From an uncultured delta proteobacterium (GTDB lineage: Bacteria > Desulfobacterota > Binatia > Binatales > Binataceae), in the NCBI GenBank assembly GCA_963711565.1, contig CAVQEQ010000001.1, positions 704,001 to 768,000 on the forward strand: a DNA stretch of 64,000 nucleotides, in the 5' to 3' direction. This document shows positions 36,658-46,172 of this stretch, piece after piece. Position 1 is the first letter of the stretch. The number at the start of each line of letters is the position of its first letter. The notes below the pieces were generated by a model, which was not told the DNA's origin, did not search any database, and saw only the letters and a program-made list of their open reading frames with translations. The position numbers and the translations under genes are program-made.

Positions 36658-38484
36658 GTGCCAGCAAACCGACTCAGGAAAAGCCTGACCGCTACGATCC
36701 TGGTGCCCAGCATCCTGGTTGGGACGGCGACCGTCGCTCTGCTTTGGGAATTTCACAGTCAGATGTCCGAAACGGGCTGGGTAGAGCATACCGATCGCGT
36801 CGAGCTTCTGGCCGAAACCGCGAAGACTGAATTCCTCTCGGCGCAGGACGCGCTCAGAGGTTTCCTGATTTCTTCGAGTCCTGCCGACCGTGATTCTGTG
36901 CAGGAGCATTGGAACGCGAGCCGACGAATCATCAAGCAACTGGTTGCTCTGGTAGCCGACAATCCCGGCGAGGAAGAGCGCCTGACAAGTCTGAACGACC
37001 TGGAGAATCAATGGCTCGAGGCCGCCAGTGCCGCGGACTCGGCCTCTGCGGATGCCGACAAGCGCGAGCTTGCCCAACGAGCCGCGGCGATCGGTAGCAA
37101 GGCACTGGCTCAGTTCGATACGGTTTCCGGCGCTGAGGAGGAGTTGCGAATTGCCAGAGACTCGCGGCGAGATTTGCAATATCGCGTCGCGCTGTGGGGC
37201 ATCCCAATCGCAGCGTTGATCCTGATCATTGGACTGACGTCAACAGCGTGGAGAGAAATTCGAAGAGCGAGCCACATATTTGCGACGGCGCTGAACGATG
37301 CCGAGCAAGCAAATCAGACGAAAACGAATTTTCTGGCGGTAATCTCCCACGAACTGCGCAACCCCCTCAACTCGATCCTGCTCTGGTGCAACGCGCTGCT
37401 CTCCAGCGGAACACTCGAGGGCAGAATTGAACAGGGCATGAGCGCAATCTTCCGCGCCGCCAAGGCCCAGGCGCAGCTGATCGAGGATCTGTTGGACATC
37501 TCCAGGATCGAGAGTGGTCAGATGCGCTTTAACGTCCAGCCGATCAGTCCCGCCGAGGTCGTGCGGGCGGCCGTTGACAGCATGATTCCCGCGGCTGAAG
37601 CGAAATCGATCGCCGTCCAAACCGTGATCGATCCGCGCGCGAGCATGATCGTTGGCGATTCGCATCGGCTTCAGCAGGCGGTGTGGAATCTGCTCTCGAA
37701 CGCGATCAAGTTCACGCCCAAGGATGGCAAGGTGCAGGTGCGCCTCGAGCGGATCAACTCCCACCTCGAAATTGTGGTCGCCGACAACGGCCAGGGGATC
37801 GACCAGCGCGCGCTCGAAAACGTCTTCGACCGATTCTGGCAGGCCTCAAGAGAGAGCGGCGATCGCGGACTGGGTCTCGGGCTCTCGATCGTCAAGCACA
37901 TCGTGAATCTTCACGGCGGCACCGTCATTGCCCATAGCGACGGTCCGGGAAAGGGAAGTGTTTTTGTGATCCGGCTTCCGGTGCCGGTCACCACGGCCGG
38001 CCTGGAGAGTACCCCGCGGCGCCATCCTACTGTCTCGCCGGTCGCGCAAGGCGCCCGCCTTCAACGGCTCGATGGGATAGCGGTGCTCGCGGTCAACGAC
38101 GATGCGGCGACGCTTCAAGGACTGAGATCCTTGCTCACATCGCTCGGAGCAAGCTGCAAGGAGAGCTGTACAGTTGAGGACGCAATCGCCACCCTGGCTG
38201 AAAAACATCCCGACGTACTCATCTCCGACCTCGGAATGCCGGGCCGCGACGGCTATTCATTGATCAGAGAAATCAGGGAAAAAGAGAAAGCATCGGCGGC
38301 TTCGGCCCATCTTGCGGCTATCGCTCTGACAGCCTACGGCCGCGTCGAAGATAAGGTTGAAATTCTGGCGGCCGGCTTCGATGGCCACGTTGTGAAGCCG
38401 GTCAACCCGGCGGAGCTGGCAGCCGTCATCAAGCGGCTGGTGGAAGCTGGACGCTCGGGTAATTACAAACCAACACCATCATAA
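36658..38484 (+). CDS. CHASE3 hybrid sensor histidine kinase
   Basis: WVEHT...LRGFL (CHASE3), SHELRNPL, NLLSNAIKFT, G-boxes, C-terminal REC. Confidence 0.92.
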   Translation: MPANRLRKSLTATILVPSILVGTATVALLWEFHSQMSETGWVEHTDRVELLAETAKTEFLSAQDALRGFLISSSPADRDSVQEHWNASRRIIKQLVALVADNPGEEERLTSLNDLENQWLEAASAADSASADADKRELAQRAAAIGSKALAQFDTVSGAEEELRIARDSRRDLQYRVALWGIPIAALILIIGLTSTAWREIRRASHIFATALNDAEQANQTKTNFLAVISHELRNPLNSILLWCNALLSSGTLEGRIEQGMSAIFRAAKAQAQLIEDLLDISRIESGQMRFNVQPISPAEVVRAAVDSMIPAAEAKSIAVQTVIDPRASMIVGDSHRLQQAVWNLLSNAIKFTPKDGKVQVRLERINSHLEIVVADNGQGIDQRALENVFDRFWQASRESGDRGLGLGLSIVKHIVNLHGGTVIAHSDGPGKGSVFVIRLPVPVTTAGLESTPRRHPTVSPVAQGARLQRLDGIAVLAVNDDAATLQGLRSLLTSLGASCKESCTVEDAIATLAEKHPDVLISDLGMPGRDGYSLIREIREKEKASAASAHLAAIALTAYGRVEDKVEILAAGFDGHVVKPVNPAELAAVIKRLVEAGRSGNYKPTPS

Positions 38485-38487
38485 GGA

Positions 38488-38904
38488 TTACTGCAGCGGC
38501 TCAGGTTTGCCTTTCGCGATCAATCCGACATGACGCGCGAGCAATTGCCAGTTTCCCTCGCGCTTCGTCCAGACGTTCATGTAGCTAACGAACATTTTGT
38601 ACTCCGCGGTCTCTCCGACCAGCTGAGAAGCTTCGTTGCCGGTGGTGACTACGAGGTCGCCGAAGGTTGCGATTTTTACCGGGCGGCGTTCGTAGGTCCG
38701 CAGCCGGAGCCGTCCCGTTTTTACCATTTCCAGCAGGATCTGTTTTCCCACAATCAGGTTCGCGGTGCTGTTGACGATCAGGTCATCAGCCCACAGCGTC
38801 TGCAGAGTTGAAACATCAGCGGCACGCATCGCGCGCGCTTCCTGCTGTTCCAGCACTTCGATTTCTTTCTGCTGCTCGGCGTTGCGCTCGTCGGCGGTAT
38901 TCAT
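38488..38904 (-). CDS. NTF2-like/DUF4440 protein
   Basis: LE.....A...AD...L..LWADD ... VW.KR.G.WQL. Confidence 0.8.
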   Translation of the reverse strand: MNTADERNAEQQKEIEVLEQQEARAMRAADVSTLQTLWADDLIVNSTANLIVGKQILLEMVKTGRLRLRTYERRPVKIATFGDLVVTTGNEASQLVGETAEYKMFVSYMNVWTKREGNWQLLARHVGLIAKGKPEPLQ

Positions 38905-39287
38905 TGTGTCGGCTCCCGCCTGCAGTAGTGACTTACCGTTGTCAGCAGATGATCCACGTCCACCGGTTTGGCTATGATCTCGTCGGCGTCAACGTCGGTC
39001 CGATCGCTCAACGCGGTCACGACGATCACCGGTATCTCCGCCAGCCGTGGATCCTTGACCTGTTCGCTGCGAAATTGCCAGCCGTCCATCACCGGCATCC
39101 ACAGATCGAGAAGGATCAAATCCGGAACCGGCGCCTGACGCAAGTAATCCAGCGCTTCCTTGCCGTTGCCCGCCGGTACAGCTCGATAACCCTTCATCTG
39201 CAAGAGCGCGACCATTGCTTCGCGGGCATCCTCGTCGTCCTCGACGACCAGGATGCGCGCATCTTCTTTTCTCCCGTCGCTCCGCAC
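38901..39287 (-). CDS. Single-domain response regulator
   Basis: ILVVEDD, LLDLWMPVMDG, KP. Confidence 0.9.
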   Translation of the reverse strand: MRSDGRKEDARILVVEDDEDAREAMVALLQMKGYRAVPAGNGKEALDYLRQAPVPDLILLDLWMPVMDGWQFRSEQVKDPRLAEIPVIVVTALSDRTDVDADEIIAKPVDVDHLLTTVSHYCRREPTQ

Positions 39288-39516
39288 GTTTCCAATTATA
39301 TAGGAGGTGGATCTTGCCCGATATCTATTTCCGCCGGGAAGACACATACACGAGCGTCGCGCCGTTTGTTCCCTGAGTAACATTTCGTAGAAGGTCGATT
39401 TCGATCGAGCGGCCTGCTCGTGCACGACGGCTTTCTGGCTCAGGTAAACCTTTCCTGCTTACCGATGCGCAGTTCTGACGCGCCTAAAAACACCATTCAC
39501 TACGAGCTATGTCTTC

Positions 39517-39531
39517 TGGCCCAGATTTTGC
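39517..39531 (+). promoter_or_regulatory. sigma54 promoter for the MEDS kinase
   Basis: TGGCCCAGATTTTGC. Confidence 0.7.
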
Positions 39532-39630
39532 TGTTACTTTTCTGCGAAACCTCGATTTGCGGTCCCGAATGTATGAGACGTGCGCTTCACGGTAGCCCGG
39601 TGATCGCTCGCGGTTCGCGTATGGTTGCCG

Positions 39631-41835
39631 ATGAGTGCCCAACATTCTCAGCCCAATGGAATTAGCGCGTCATACGTAGCGCCGACTGCATGGAGCAACG
39701 TCAGCCCGCACTCGCATCTGGTTCAATTTTACGAGAATGACGGCTTCCTCATCGACTCGCTGGCCCGTTGGTTCGGCGACGGTCTGGACGCGGGCGACAC
39801 ATGCATCTTCGTCGGTACCGAGGCTCATCGAATCAGCCTCGAGAAATATCTCAAGGATCGCGGCATCGATCTCGACCTGATGCGCGCGCGGCGGCGCTGC
39901 GTTTGCCTCGATGCGGCCTCGACGCTGGCGACGTTCATGGTCGATGGATGGCCCGACGAGGCGAGGTTCGTTCGCACGCTCCAGGAGATTCTCGCCGGCG
40001 TGTCCAGGCAGGGTGACCGGCGGGTATTCGGCGAGATGGTCGCGCTGCTTTGGAAGGATGGAAATCGCCAGGCGGCAATTCGGCTCGAAGAGATATGGAA
40101 CGCGTTCATGAGGACGCACACGCTTTCTTTGTGCTGCGCGTATCCGATCAACAGCTTCGGCACCGACGCCGACGCATCGCTGTTCATGAAAGTCTGCGCG
40201 CAGCATACTCCAGTACTGCCGGCTGAGAGTTACAGCGCGTTAGCCACTCCGGCCGAACGGCTGCGCGCGGTGAGTCTGCTGCAACACAAGGCCAGGACGC
40301 TCGAAGCCGAGAAAGCCGGACGCAAGAAAGCGGAGAAGTCGCTCCAGCGCCGTCAAAAGGAGCTCTCGGATTTCTTCGAGAACGCGGTCGAAGGTCTGCA
40401 ACAGCTCGGCCCTCGGGCGAACATATTGTGGGCCAACCCGGCGCAGCTCAAACTGCTCGGATATTTCGCTGATGAATACATCGGCCATTGGCTCGGCGAA
40501 TTTTACGTCGACCGAAACCGCTTCGACGAATTCTGGGCCCGGCTCATGCGTCGCGAGCTCATCTACGACTTCGGGGCCGCGCTGCGATGCAAGAACGGAT
40601 CGATCAAGCACGTTCTCATCCACTCGAGTGGGCTGTGGGAAGACGGGAAGTTCCTCTATACGCGATGCTTCATTCGCGACGTGACCGAACGCGTCGAGCT
40701 GGAAGACCAGCTTAAGGTCAGGCTCACTGAGCTCGCGCAAGCCGATCAACGCAAGAACGAATTCCTCGCGATGCTCGGTCACGAGCTGCGCAATCCCCTG
40801 TCCGCAGTGCTGGACGCGATCGTCACCGCGCAACTCGACCAGACGCGCCGCGACCGCGCCCTCGCCATAGCGCGCCGCCAGACCGATCAACTGGCCGGAC
40901 TGGTGGACGACCTGCTCGACGTCGGACGGATCACGCAAGACAGGATCGCGCTGAAAAAAGAGCCGCTCCTGGTCGGAAGTATCCTCCGGCAGGTGGTCGA
41001 AGAAGCACACAGCCTGGTCGAGCCCGGCCAGCATCAGTTGTCGGTGATCGTGTCGCCGCAAGCGGAGAACGTCTCAATCGAAGCGGACCCGGCGCGGCTG
41101 CGCCAGGTGATCGCCAACCTCATCCACAACGCGGCCAAGTTCACCCCTCCGGGCGGTCGTATCGAAGTGATGGCTGACCGTAACGACGACGAGGCGGTCT
41201 TCCGCGTGCGCGATTCCGGCGTCGGAATCTCGCCGGACCTGCTGCCGCATATTTTCGGCCTGTTTACCCAGGCCGAGCGTTCGCTCGATCGTTCGCGCGG
41301 CGGGCTGGGGATCGGACTGACTCTTGTCAAGCGGCTCGTCGAGATGCACGGTGGTCGCGTTGAGGCAAAAAGCGAGGGCCTCGGAATGGGCAGCGAGTTC
41401 GAAATTCACTTTCCTATCGTGGCGAATGCTCCTCCGCAAGTGCTTGCGACCGTGCGCCGGCCCCAAGTGGCCACGCGTCTGCGCGTGCTAGTGATCGAAG
41501 ACAACCACGACGCGGCTGAAGCGCTGGCGATGCTGCTCGAGTTGTATGGACACGATGCAACCGTGTTTTCAGATGGGCCAAAGGCGATCGAGGCTGTCCG
41601 CACAGCCGCCTTCGACCTGGCCTTCGTGGACATCGGCTTGCCGGGCATGGATGGTTATGAAGTTGCGCGGCGCATCCGCAAGCTCGCGAACGCGAAACCT
41701 ATGCTGCTGGTAGCGCTTACGGGCTATGGGCAGGATTCTGACAAGCAGCGCGCTCTCGCCGCCGGTTTCGACGAGCATCTGACCAAGCCGGTAAAGATCG
41801 AACGGCTGCAGGCCCTTTTGAAGCGCGCTCGATAA
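39631..41835 (+). CDS. MEDS-PAS hybrid histidine kinase
   Basis: H.VQFY...RVFGEMV.LLW...LE..WN...LCCAY (MEDS), PAS, GHELRNPL, REC. Confidence 0.92.
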   Translation: MSAQHSQPNGISASYVAPTAWSNVSPHSHLVQFYENDGFLIDSLARWFGDGLDAGDTCIFVGTEAHRISLEKYLKDRGIDLDLMRARRRCVCLDAASTLATFMVDGWPDEARFVRTLQEILAGVSRQGDRRVFGEMVALLWKDGNRQAAIRLEEIWNAFMRTHTLSLCCAYPINSFGTDADASLFMKVCAQHTPVLPAESYSALATPAERLRAVSLLQHKARTLEAEKAGRKKAEKSLQRRQKELSDFFENAVEGLQQLGPRANILWANPAQLKLLGYFADEYIGHWLGEFYVDRNRFDEFWARLMRRELIYDFGAALRCKNGSIKHVLIHSSGLWEDGKFLYTRCFIRDVTERVELEDQLKVRLTELAQADQRKNEFLAMLGHELRNPLSAVLDAIVTAQLDQTRRDRALAIARRQTDQLAGLVDDLLDVGRITQDRIALKKEPLLVGSILRQVVEEAHSLVEPGQHQLSVIVSPQAENVSIEADPARLRQVIANLIHNAAKFTPPGGRIEVMADRNDDEAVFRVRDSGVGISPDLLPHIFGLFTQAERSLDRSRGGLGIGLTLVKRLVEMHGGRVEAKSEGLGMGSEFEIHFPIVANAPPQVLATVRRPQVATRLRVLVIEDNHDAAEALAMLLELYGHDATVFSDGPKAIEAVRTAAFDLAFVDIGLPGMDGYEVARRIRKLANAKPMLLVALTGYGQDSDKQRALAAGFDEHLTKPVKIERLQALLKRAR

Positions 41836-42047
41836 CTGTCCACGCGAGTCTCGCTGCCAAAGCATCGACATTGCTGGTGCCGCCCCCGAAGCTCGCGGAT
41901 TGAAGTGGATCCGCACGCACCCTGACTGCTTGCAGGAACCTGTCGGCGTCTCCGGGCACTCTTTTGAAATTACTACACGTTCGGAATCGTGAAGAAATTC
42001 CTCGCACAATTGGCGAAAACACCTTGCAGATCAGGGGTTTATGTTCG

Positions 42048-42062
42048 TGGCTCCATACTTGC
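42048..42062 (+). promoter_or_regulatory. sigma54 promoter for csbD-BON
   Basis: TGGCTCCATACTTGC. Confidence 0.75.
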
Positions 42063-42119
42063 TGATTAGTTGAGAGTCACCGCGCTAGCTCGGTGAAAAC
42101 CCAATCAGGAGTTCTTCAA

Positions 42120-42317
42120 ATGAATAGCGACCAGATGAAAGGCAAGTTCAAACAGCTCTCAGGCGAGATCAAGCGAAAGTGGGGACAGATCACCGACGAC
42201 GATCTGAAGCAGGCACAGGGCAGCATGGAAAAGCTGGTCGGGAAAATCCAGGAGCGCTCGGGCGATCAGCGCCAGGCGATCGAGGATTGGCTCAGATCGC
42301 AGGGGCTGAACGAGTAA
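42120..42317 (+). CDS. csbD: CsbD/YjbJ family general stress protein
   Basis: MNSDQMKGKFKQLSGEIKRKWGQITDDDL. Confidence 0.92.
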   Translation: MNSDQMKGKFKQLSGEIKRKWGQITDDDLKQAQGSMEKLVGKIQERSGDQRQAIEDWLRSQGLNE

Positions 42318-42377
42318 CGATCCGAAAACGCGGGACGCTTTGCGCATTTTTGGGTTAGAAAAACCAGAGGCGATTTT

Positions 42378-42794
42378 ATGAAGAACAACTACGCATTCAA
42401 ATTAGCAGTACCGGCAATTCTATTCGGACTGGTCCTGTCTGTTCCGTGCTTCGCTCAGGACCAGCCCGCGAGCCAGGATATGAATCAGGCGGGTCAAAAG
42501 ATGGAGCAGGCAGGTTCCAACACCGCGGACGCCGCCAAGGACGCCTATCACGGAACCGCGCGTGCGGTTAAGGACACGACCATCACCGCCCGGGTCAAGA
42601 CGGCTTTGGCAGGCGATAAAAATGTTAAGGCCTCCGCAATACATGTGGACACGGTTGCCGGCGTCGTCACTCTGAACGGCCAGGTTCCGTCGCCAGAAAT
42701 CGCGCAGCATGTCGCGCAACTGGCGGAACAAACCAAAGGCGTCAAAGGCGTGAACAACCAGTTGCTGGTGGCTAGCTCCGAGAGCACCCAATAG
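42378..42794 (+). CDS. BON domain protein (OsmY-like)
   Basis: D..IT..VK..L.....V.A..IHV.T..GVV.L.G...KGV..V.N.L. Confidence 0.9.
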   Translation: MKNNYAFKLAVPAILFGLVLSVPCFAQDQPASQDMNQAGQKMEQAGSNTADAAKDAYHGTARAVKDTTITARVKTALAGDKNVKASAIHVDTVAGVVTLNGQVPSPEIAQHVAQLAEQTKGVKGVNNQLLVASSESTQ

Positions 42795-42937
42795 GTGAGA
42801 TCCCGGTAATGCGGGTTGTCGCAGATTCGCGTGCTAGTCGCGCGAATCTGTGGACAGCTCCGTTTCGTGGGCACAAGTGTTGATTACAAAGCGCGATTGG
42901 TCCCATGTTTGAAAGCGCGGCGGTATGGAGTTCCGAC

Positions 42938-43537
42938 ATGACAAGGACGCGGACGCGGAACCCCCATCCAATAGTCCAGGTAGTTCAAGATTCCGCCAGC
43001 GAGCTAAACGACCTTCTCAATGCGGTTGGGTTGCGCATCGCACTCTTGCGGCATCAGCTCGAGGCGTCGGCGGTCGAGGCCGAGATGGCCCGTCTGGCTC
43101 TGCTGATCGAGAAAGCGTCCGAGCGCGTTCTACGGCTGGAACAATACACGCGAGCCGAAGAAGTAGTCGCGTCGATGCGGCCCGGCCGCACCCGCAAGCG
43201 CGCCGAAACCTCGCGAACGAAGAGTTCCGCCTTTCTCTCGGAACAAAAGCCGCGGACCGCCCTTCTGATTACCGATGCGTCAATCGAAAATAGCGCGATT
43301 AAAGATTGCCTCGAGCGGAGCGGATGTAATGTGGTCGTGGCCGGATCCACCGACGACGGATTGAAGATGCTCCACTCACGCGACGATTTCGATCACATCG
43401 TCTGTGACTCATCGTTTCTTGCTGAATCGGATTGGAAGTTCACGGCCGAGTTGTCGCGCGCCGCCCCCAATTCGCGGGTATACGTAGTACATCAGCCCCA
43501 CGCATCCGATCGCGCCGAACGATCCTCGACGCATTAG
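42938..43537 (+). CDS. Degenerate HisKA-like helix fused to an atypical receiver domain
   Basis: SASELNDLLNA; C-terminal ALLITD...HIVCD receiver-like fold. Confidence 0.6.
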   Translation: MTRTRTRNPHPIVQVVQDSASELNDLLNAVGLRIALLRHQLEASAVEAEMARLALLIEKASERVLRLEQYTRAEEVVASMRPGRTRKRAETSRTKSSAFLSEQKPRTALLITDASIENSAIKDCLERSGCNVVVAGSTDDGLKMLHSRDDFDHIVCDSSFLAESDWKFTAELSRAAPNSRVYVVHQPHASDRAERSSTH

Positions 43538-43618
43538 AAGCGAGGAGCAAGTGATCGATGCGCACCGGCTCGCACTAGCTCCAGCGCAGTTCATCTTTTG
43601 AGAGGGAACGGTTGAGCG

Positions 43619-44390
43619 CTAAGCGCCCATCAGGTTCATGCGCATACCGCAGACGTGGATCGTACCGTCTGCTGCGCGTTTGCCAAGCCGGGCGGCGGTA
43701 TCCAGGGCCCGCGCGCGATTAACGGCGATCAAGTCGAGGCCGCCGAGGCCTTCGCCGCGCCCATCGAGGTCCTTGACGAATCGAATCGTTGCGTTTTCGA
43801 GGCTTAGGCTCGGGTTGCCAGCTTTGTCTGACTTGACTGGAATTTCAATGATCCTGCTCCAGCGCTCGGCCAGGTCCTTCGGATCCGGCGATTGGATTTC
43901 AGCCGCAGCAATTCCGCGAACAACGTCGGTCCGAATCGCCTTGTGGAAGTCCTTGCCCGCCGGCTCCCACGGACCGTTGACGTCTTCGCCGCCTTTCTGG
44001 AAATCGATTTCAAGGAAACTGCCGCCGGTATCGCGCGGATGCAGCTGCATCACGCTGTACTCATGTCCGTCGCTCTCCATCACTTTGCGGATGCGGAGTT
44101 GGTTGAACGCGCTGCTTGCGAGGCCGATGGTCGTCGCATTGGCAGATGACCATGTAGCCGCCGTCGCCGCCGCGGCGCTCGAGATAACGCCCGCCTGCGG
44201 TATCCTGCCGAATCGGAGCGACGACTTCGATGAACTGATTGCCTACGGGGAAGATTGCATTCTCGAGCCCGAAGGCTTTTACGCCCGGGTCGCGATATCC
44301 GATCTCAAGGCCGAATACATCGTGCATGTCCTGGGCTACTGGGGCGAGCTGGTGCGCGACGAGCGCGATTTGTCGAAGTTTGATCCACAT
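43619..44390 (-). pseudogene. VOC/glyoxalase-like protein split by a frameshift
   Basis: LRQIALVA...F.EVV.P....TA.GRYL..RGGDGGYMVI joins ...QLHPRDTGG; removing one base near 44100 restores ...RVNQLRIRKVMESD. Confidence 0.7.
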
Positions 44391-44405
44391 GAGAGAACTC
44401 TCCTG

Positions 44406-45188
44406 TCAGCGGCCTTTGAATTGGGGCTTGCGCTTTTGGGCTTTGGCCGCAAATGCCTCGCGAGTGTCTTCGGTTTCGAACATCCTGAAATGGCGTTCGC
44501 TCTCGAGTGCAACATACCCCGCAAAGTCCATACGTTCCGAATCGACGAAATTCGCCTTCAGTGTGCGCAGTGCGATCGGTGCGGAATCTATAAGCCGGTT
44601 CACGATCGCATCGACTTCTTTCCGAAATCGATCATCCGGAAAAACGCGCGTGACTAATCCAATCCTGAGCGCCTCGGCGGCGTCGAACTTGCCGGGCATG
44701 AAATACAGTTCGCGGGCGCGCGCTGAACCGACGATTCGCGAGAGGCTCCATGGTCCGCCCATATCGCCCGCAACGCCAACGTCCAGAAACGCGACGTTGA
44801 AGCGCGCCGACTCCGCGGCAAATCTGAAGTCGCACGCCAGCGCCCATCCGAGACCCGCCCCCGCGCAAGCGCCGTTGATAGCCGCGATCGTTACAGCCGG
44901 CATGTTGTGCAGCAGAATCGGTACGCGAAAGTCGTCCGCCGTGAGAGGATCGTCCGGCGCCGCCGACGCGACTTCGCCGATATCGGCGCCGGGGCAGAAG
45001 CCCTTGCCCGCGCCGGTCAGGACCAGCACTCTCAACTCGCGATCCTCGGCGGCGGCCGCGAGGGCCTCGCGCGTCTCGACCAACATCCGATTGGTCATTC
45101 CGTTCAGCCGGTCGGGACGATTCATCGTAAGCCGCGCGACCGGGCCCGACTTCTCATAGACGATCGTTTCGTGGCGTGTGCTGCTCAC
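44406..45188 (-). CDS. Enoyl-CoA hydratase/isomerase family protein
   Basis: NRPDRLN, FCPGAD, AAINGACAGAG. Confidence 0.92.
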   Translation of the reverse strand: MSSTRHETIVYEKSGPVARLTMNRPDRLNGMTNRMLVETREALAAAAEDRELRVLVLTGAGKGFCPGADIGEVASAAPDDPLTADDFRVPILLHNMPAVTIAAINGACAGAGLGWALACDFRFAAESARFNVAFLDVGVAGDMGGPWSLSRIVGSARARELYFMPGKFDAAEALRIGLVTRVFPDDRFRKEVDAIVNRLIDSAPIALRTLKANFVDSERMDFAGYVALESERHFRMFETEDTREAFAAKAQKRKPQFKGR

Positions 45189-46003
45189 GGTCTTTCTCCT
45201 CTAATTCGCTTGAATCGCGGTGCGCGGCGCTCGACGAAAGACTTGACGCCCTCGGCAGCATCGGGATGCATGAGCGCGACTTTCATAAGGTCATCGGCGT
45301 CGCGAAACGCTCCTTCCATTGCGAGCGACCAGTGCCGATAGACCTCGGATTTGATCACGGCGAGCGAGTTCGGCGAGACGTTCGCTGCGAGTTCGCGCAG
45401 ATAAGCCCTGGTCTCGTCGAGCAGGTTTTCGCGCGGCATAAGGCGATCGACAAATCCGATTCGATAAGCTTCGGTTGCATCGAAGCGCCGCGAGCTCCAC
45501 AGCAAATCCAGTGCGCGACTCGTGCCCACGATCCGCGGCAACAGCCACGCCGTGCCATGCTCGGCTATGAGCCCGCGCTTCGAGAATACGGTCGTGAAGC
45601 TCGCGTCGGATGCTGCGAACCGCAGATCGCACATCATCGCGAGCACGAAACCTCCTCCTGCGGTGACGCCGTTGACTGCCGCAATCACCGGCTTCGGCAC
45701 GCGCAGCAAATAGCTGAACAGCGCCGGCAGTTCATCCGGAGCAGTGTCGCGAGCGCTCGACGGCACGCCGCCCTTGGTCGAGCGCGCGAGGTCTCCCGCA
45801 TCAAGGCCGGCGGAAAAGGCGCGACCGGTACCCGTAATAATGATCGCGACCACGCCTTCGTCCGCGGCGGCACGCTCGACCGCGTCGCGAATCTGATCGA
45901 TCATCGCGAACGTGAATGCGTTGAGCTTCTCGGGCCGATTCAGCCGCACCGTGGCGATTGAACCGTCAAGCTCATATTCGATGTTCGATGCCTGGGAATT
46001 CAT
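45185..46003 (-). CDS. Enoyl-CoA hydratase/isomerase family protein
   Basis: NRPEKLNA, FSAGLD, AAVNG..AGGG. Confidence 0.92.
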   Translation of the reverse strand: MNSQASNIEYELDGSIATVRLNRPEKLNAFTFAMIDQIRDAVERAAADEGVVAIIITGTGRAFSAGLDAGDLARSTKGGVPSSARDTAPDELPALFSYLLRVPKPVIAAVNGVTAGGGFVLAMMCDLRFAASDASFTTVFSKRGLIAEHGTAWLLPRIVGTSRALDLLWSSRRFDATEAYRIGFVDRLMPRENLLDETRAYLRELAANVSPNSLAVIKSEVYRHWSLAMEGAFRDADDLMKVALMHPDAAEGVKSFVERRAPRFKRIRGERP

Positions 46004-46172
46004 GCCGACACCGTGCTTTTTGGACGTTGTACCTGGCTTTGACGCATAGCGAGAGTCTATCCCCGAACGCAACCGCTCGGCGCGACTGTTCTGTTTTTCG
46101 GTAGAGACATCGCCGTGTTAGTAAGTACACGATAGCGACCCGCTAATCCCCAATTCAGCGAGGACAGTCACA

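Noticed and set aside
42011-42027. TGGCGAAAACACCTTGC as a second csbD promoter
   Set aside because: GG-N12-GC spacing is wrong
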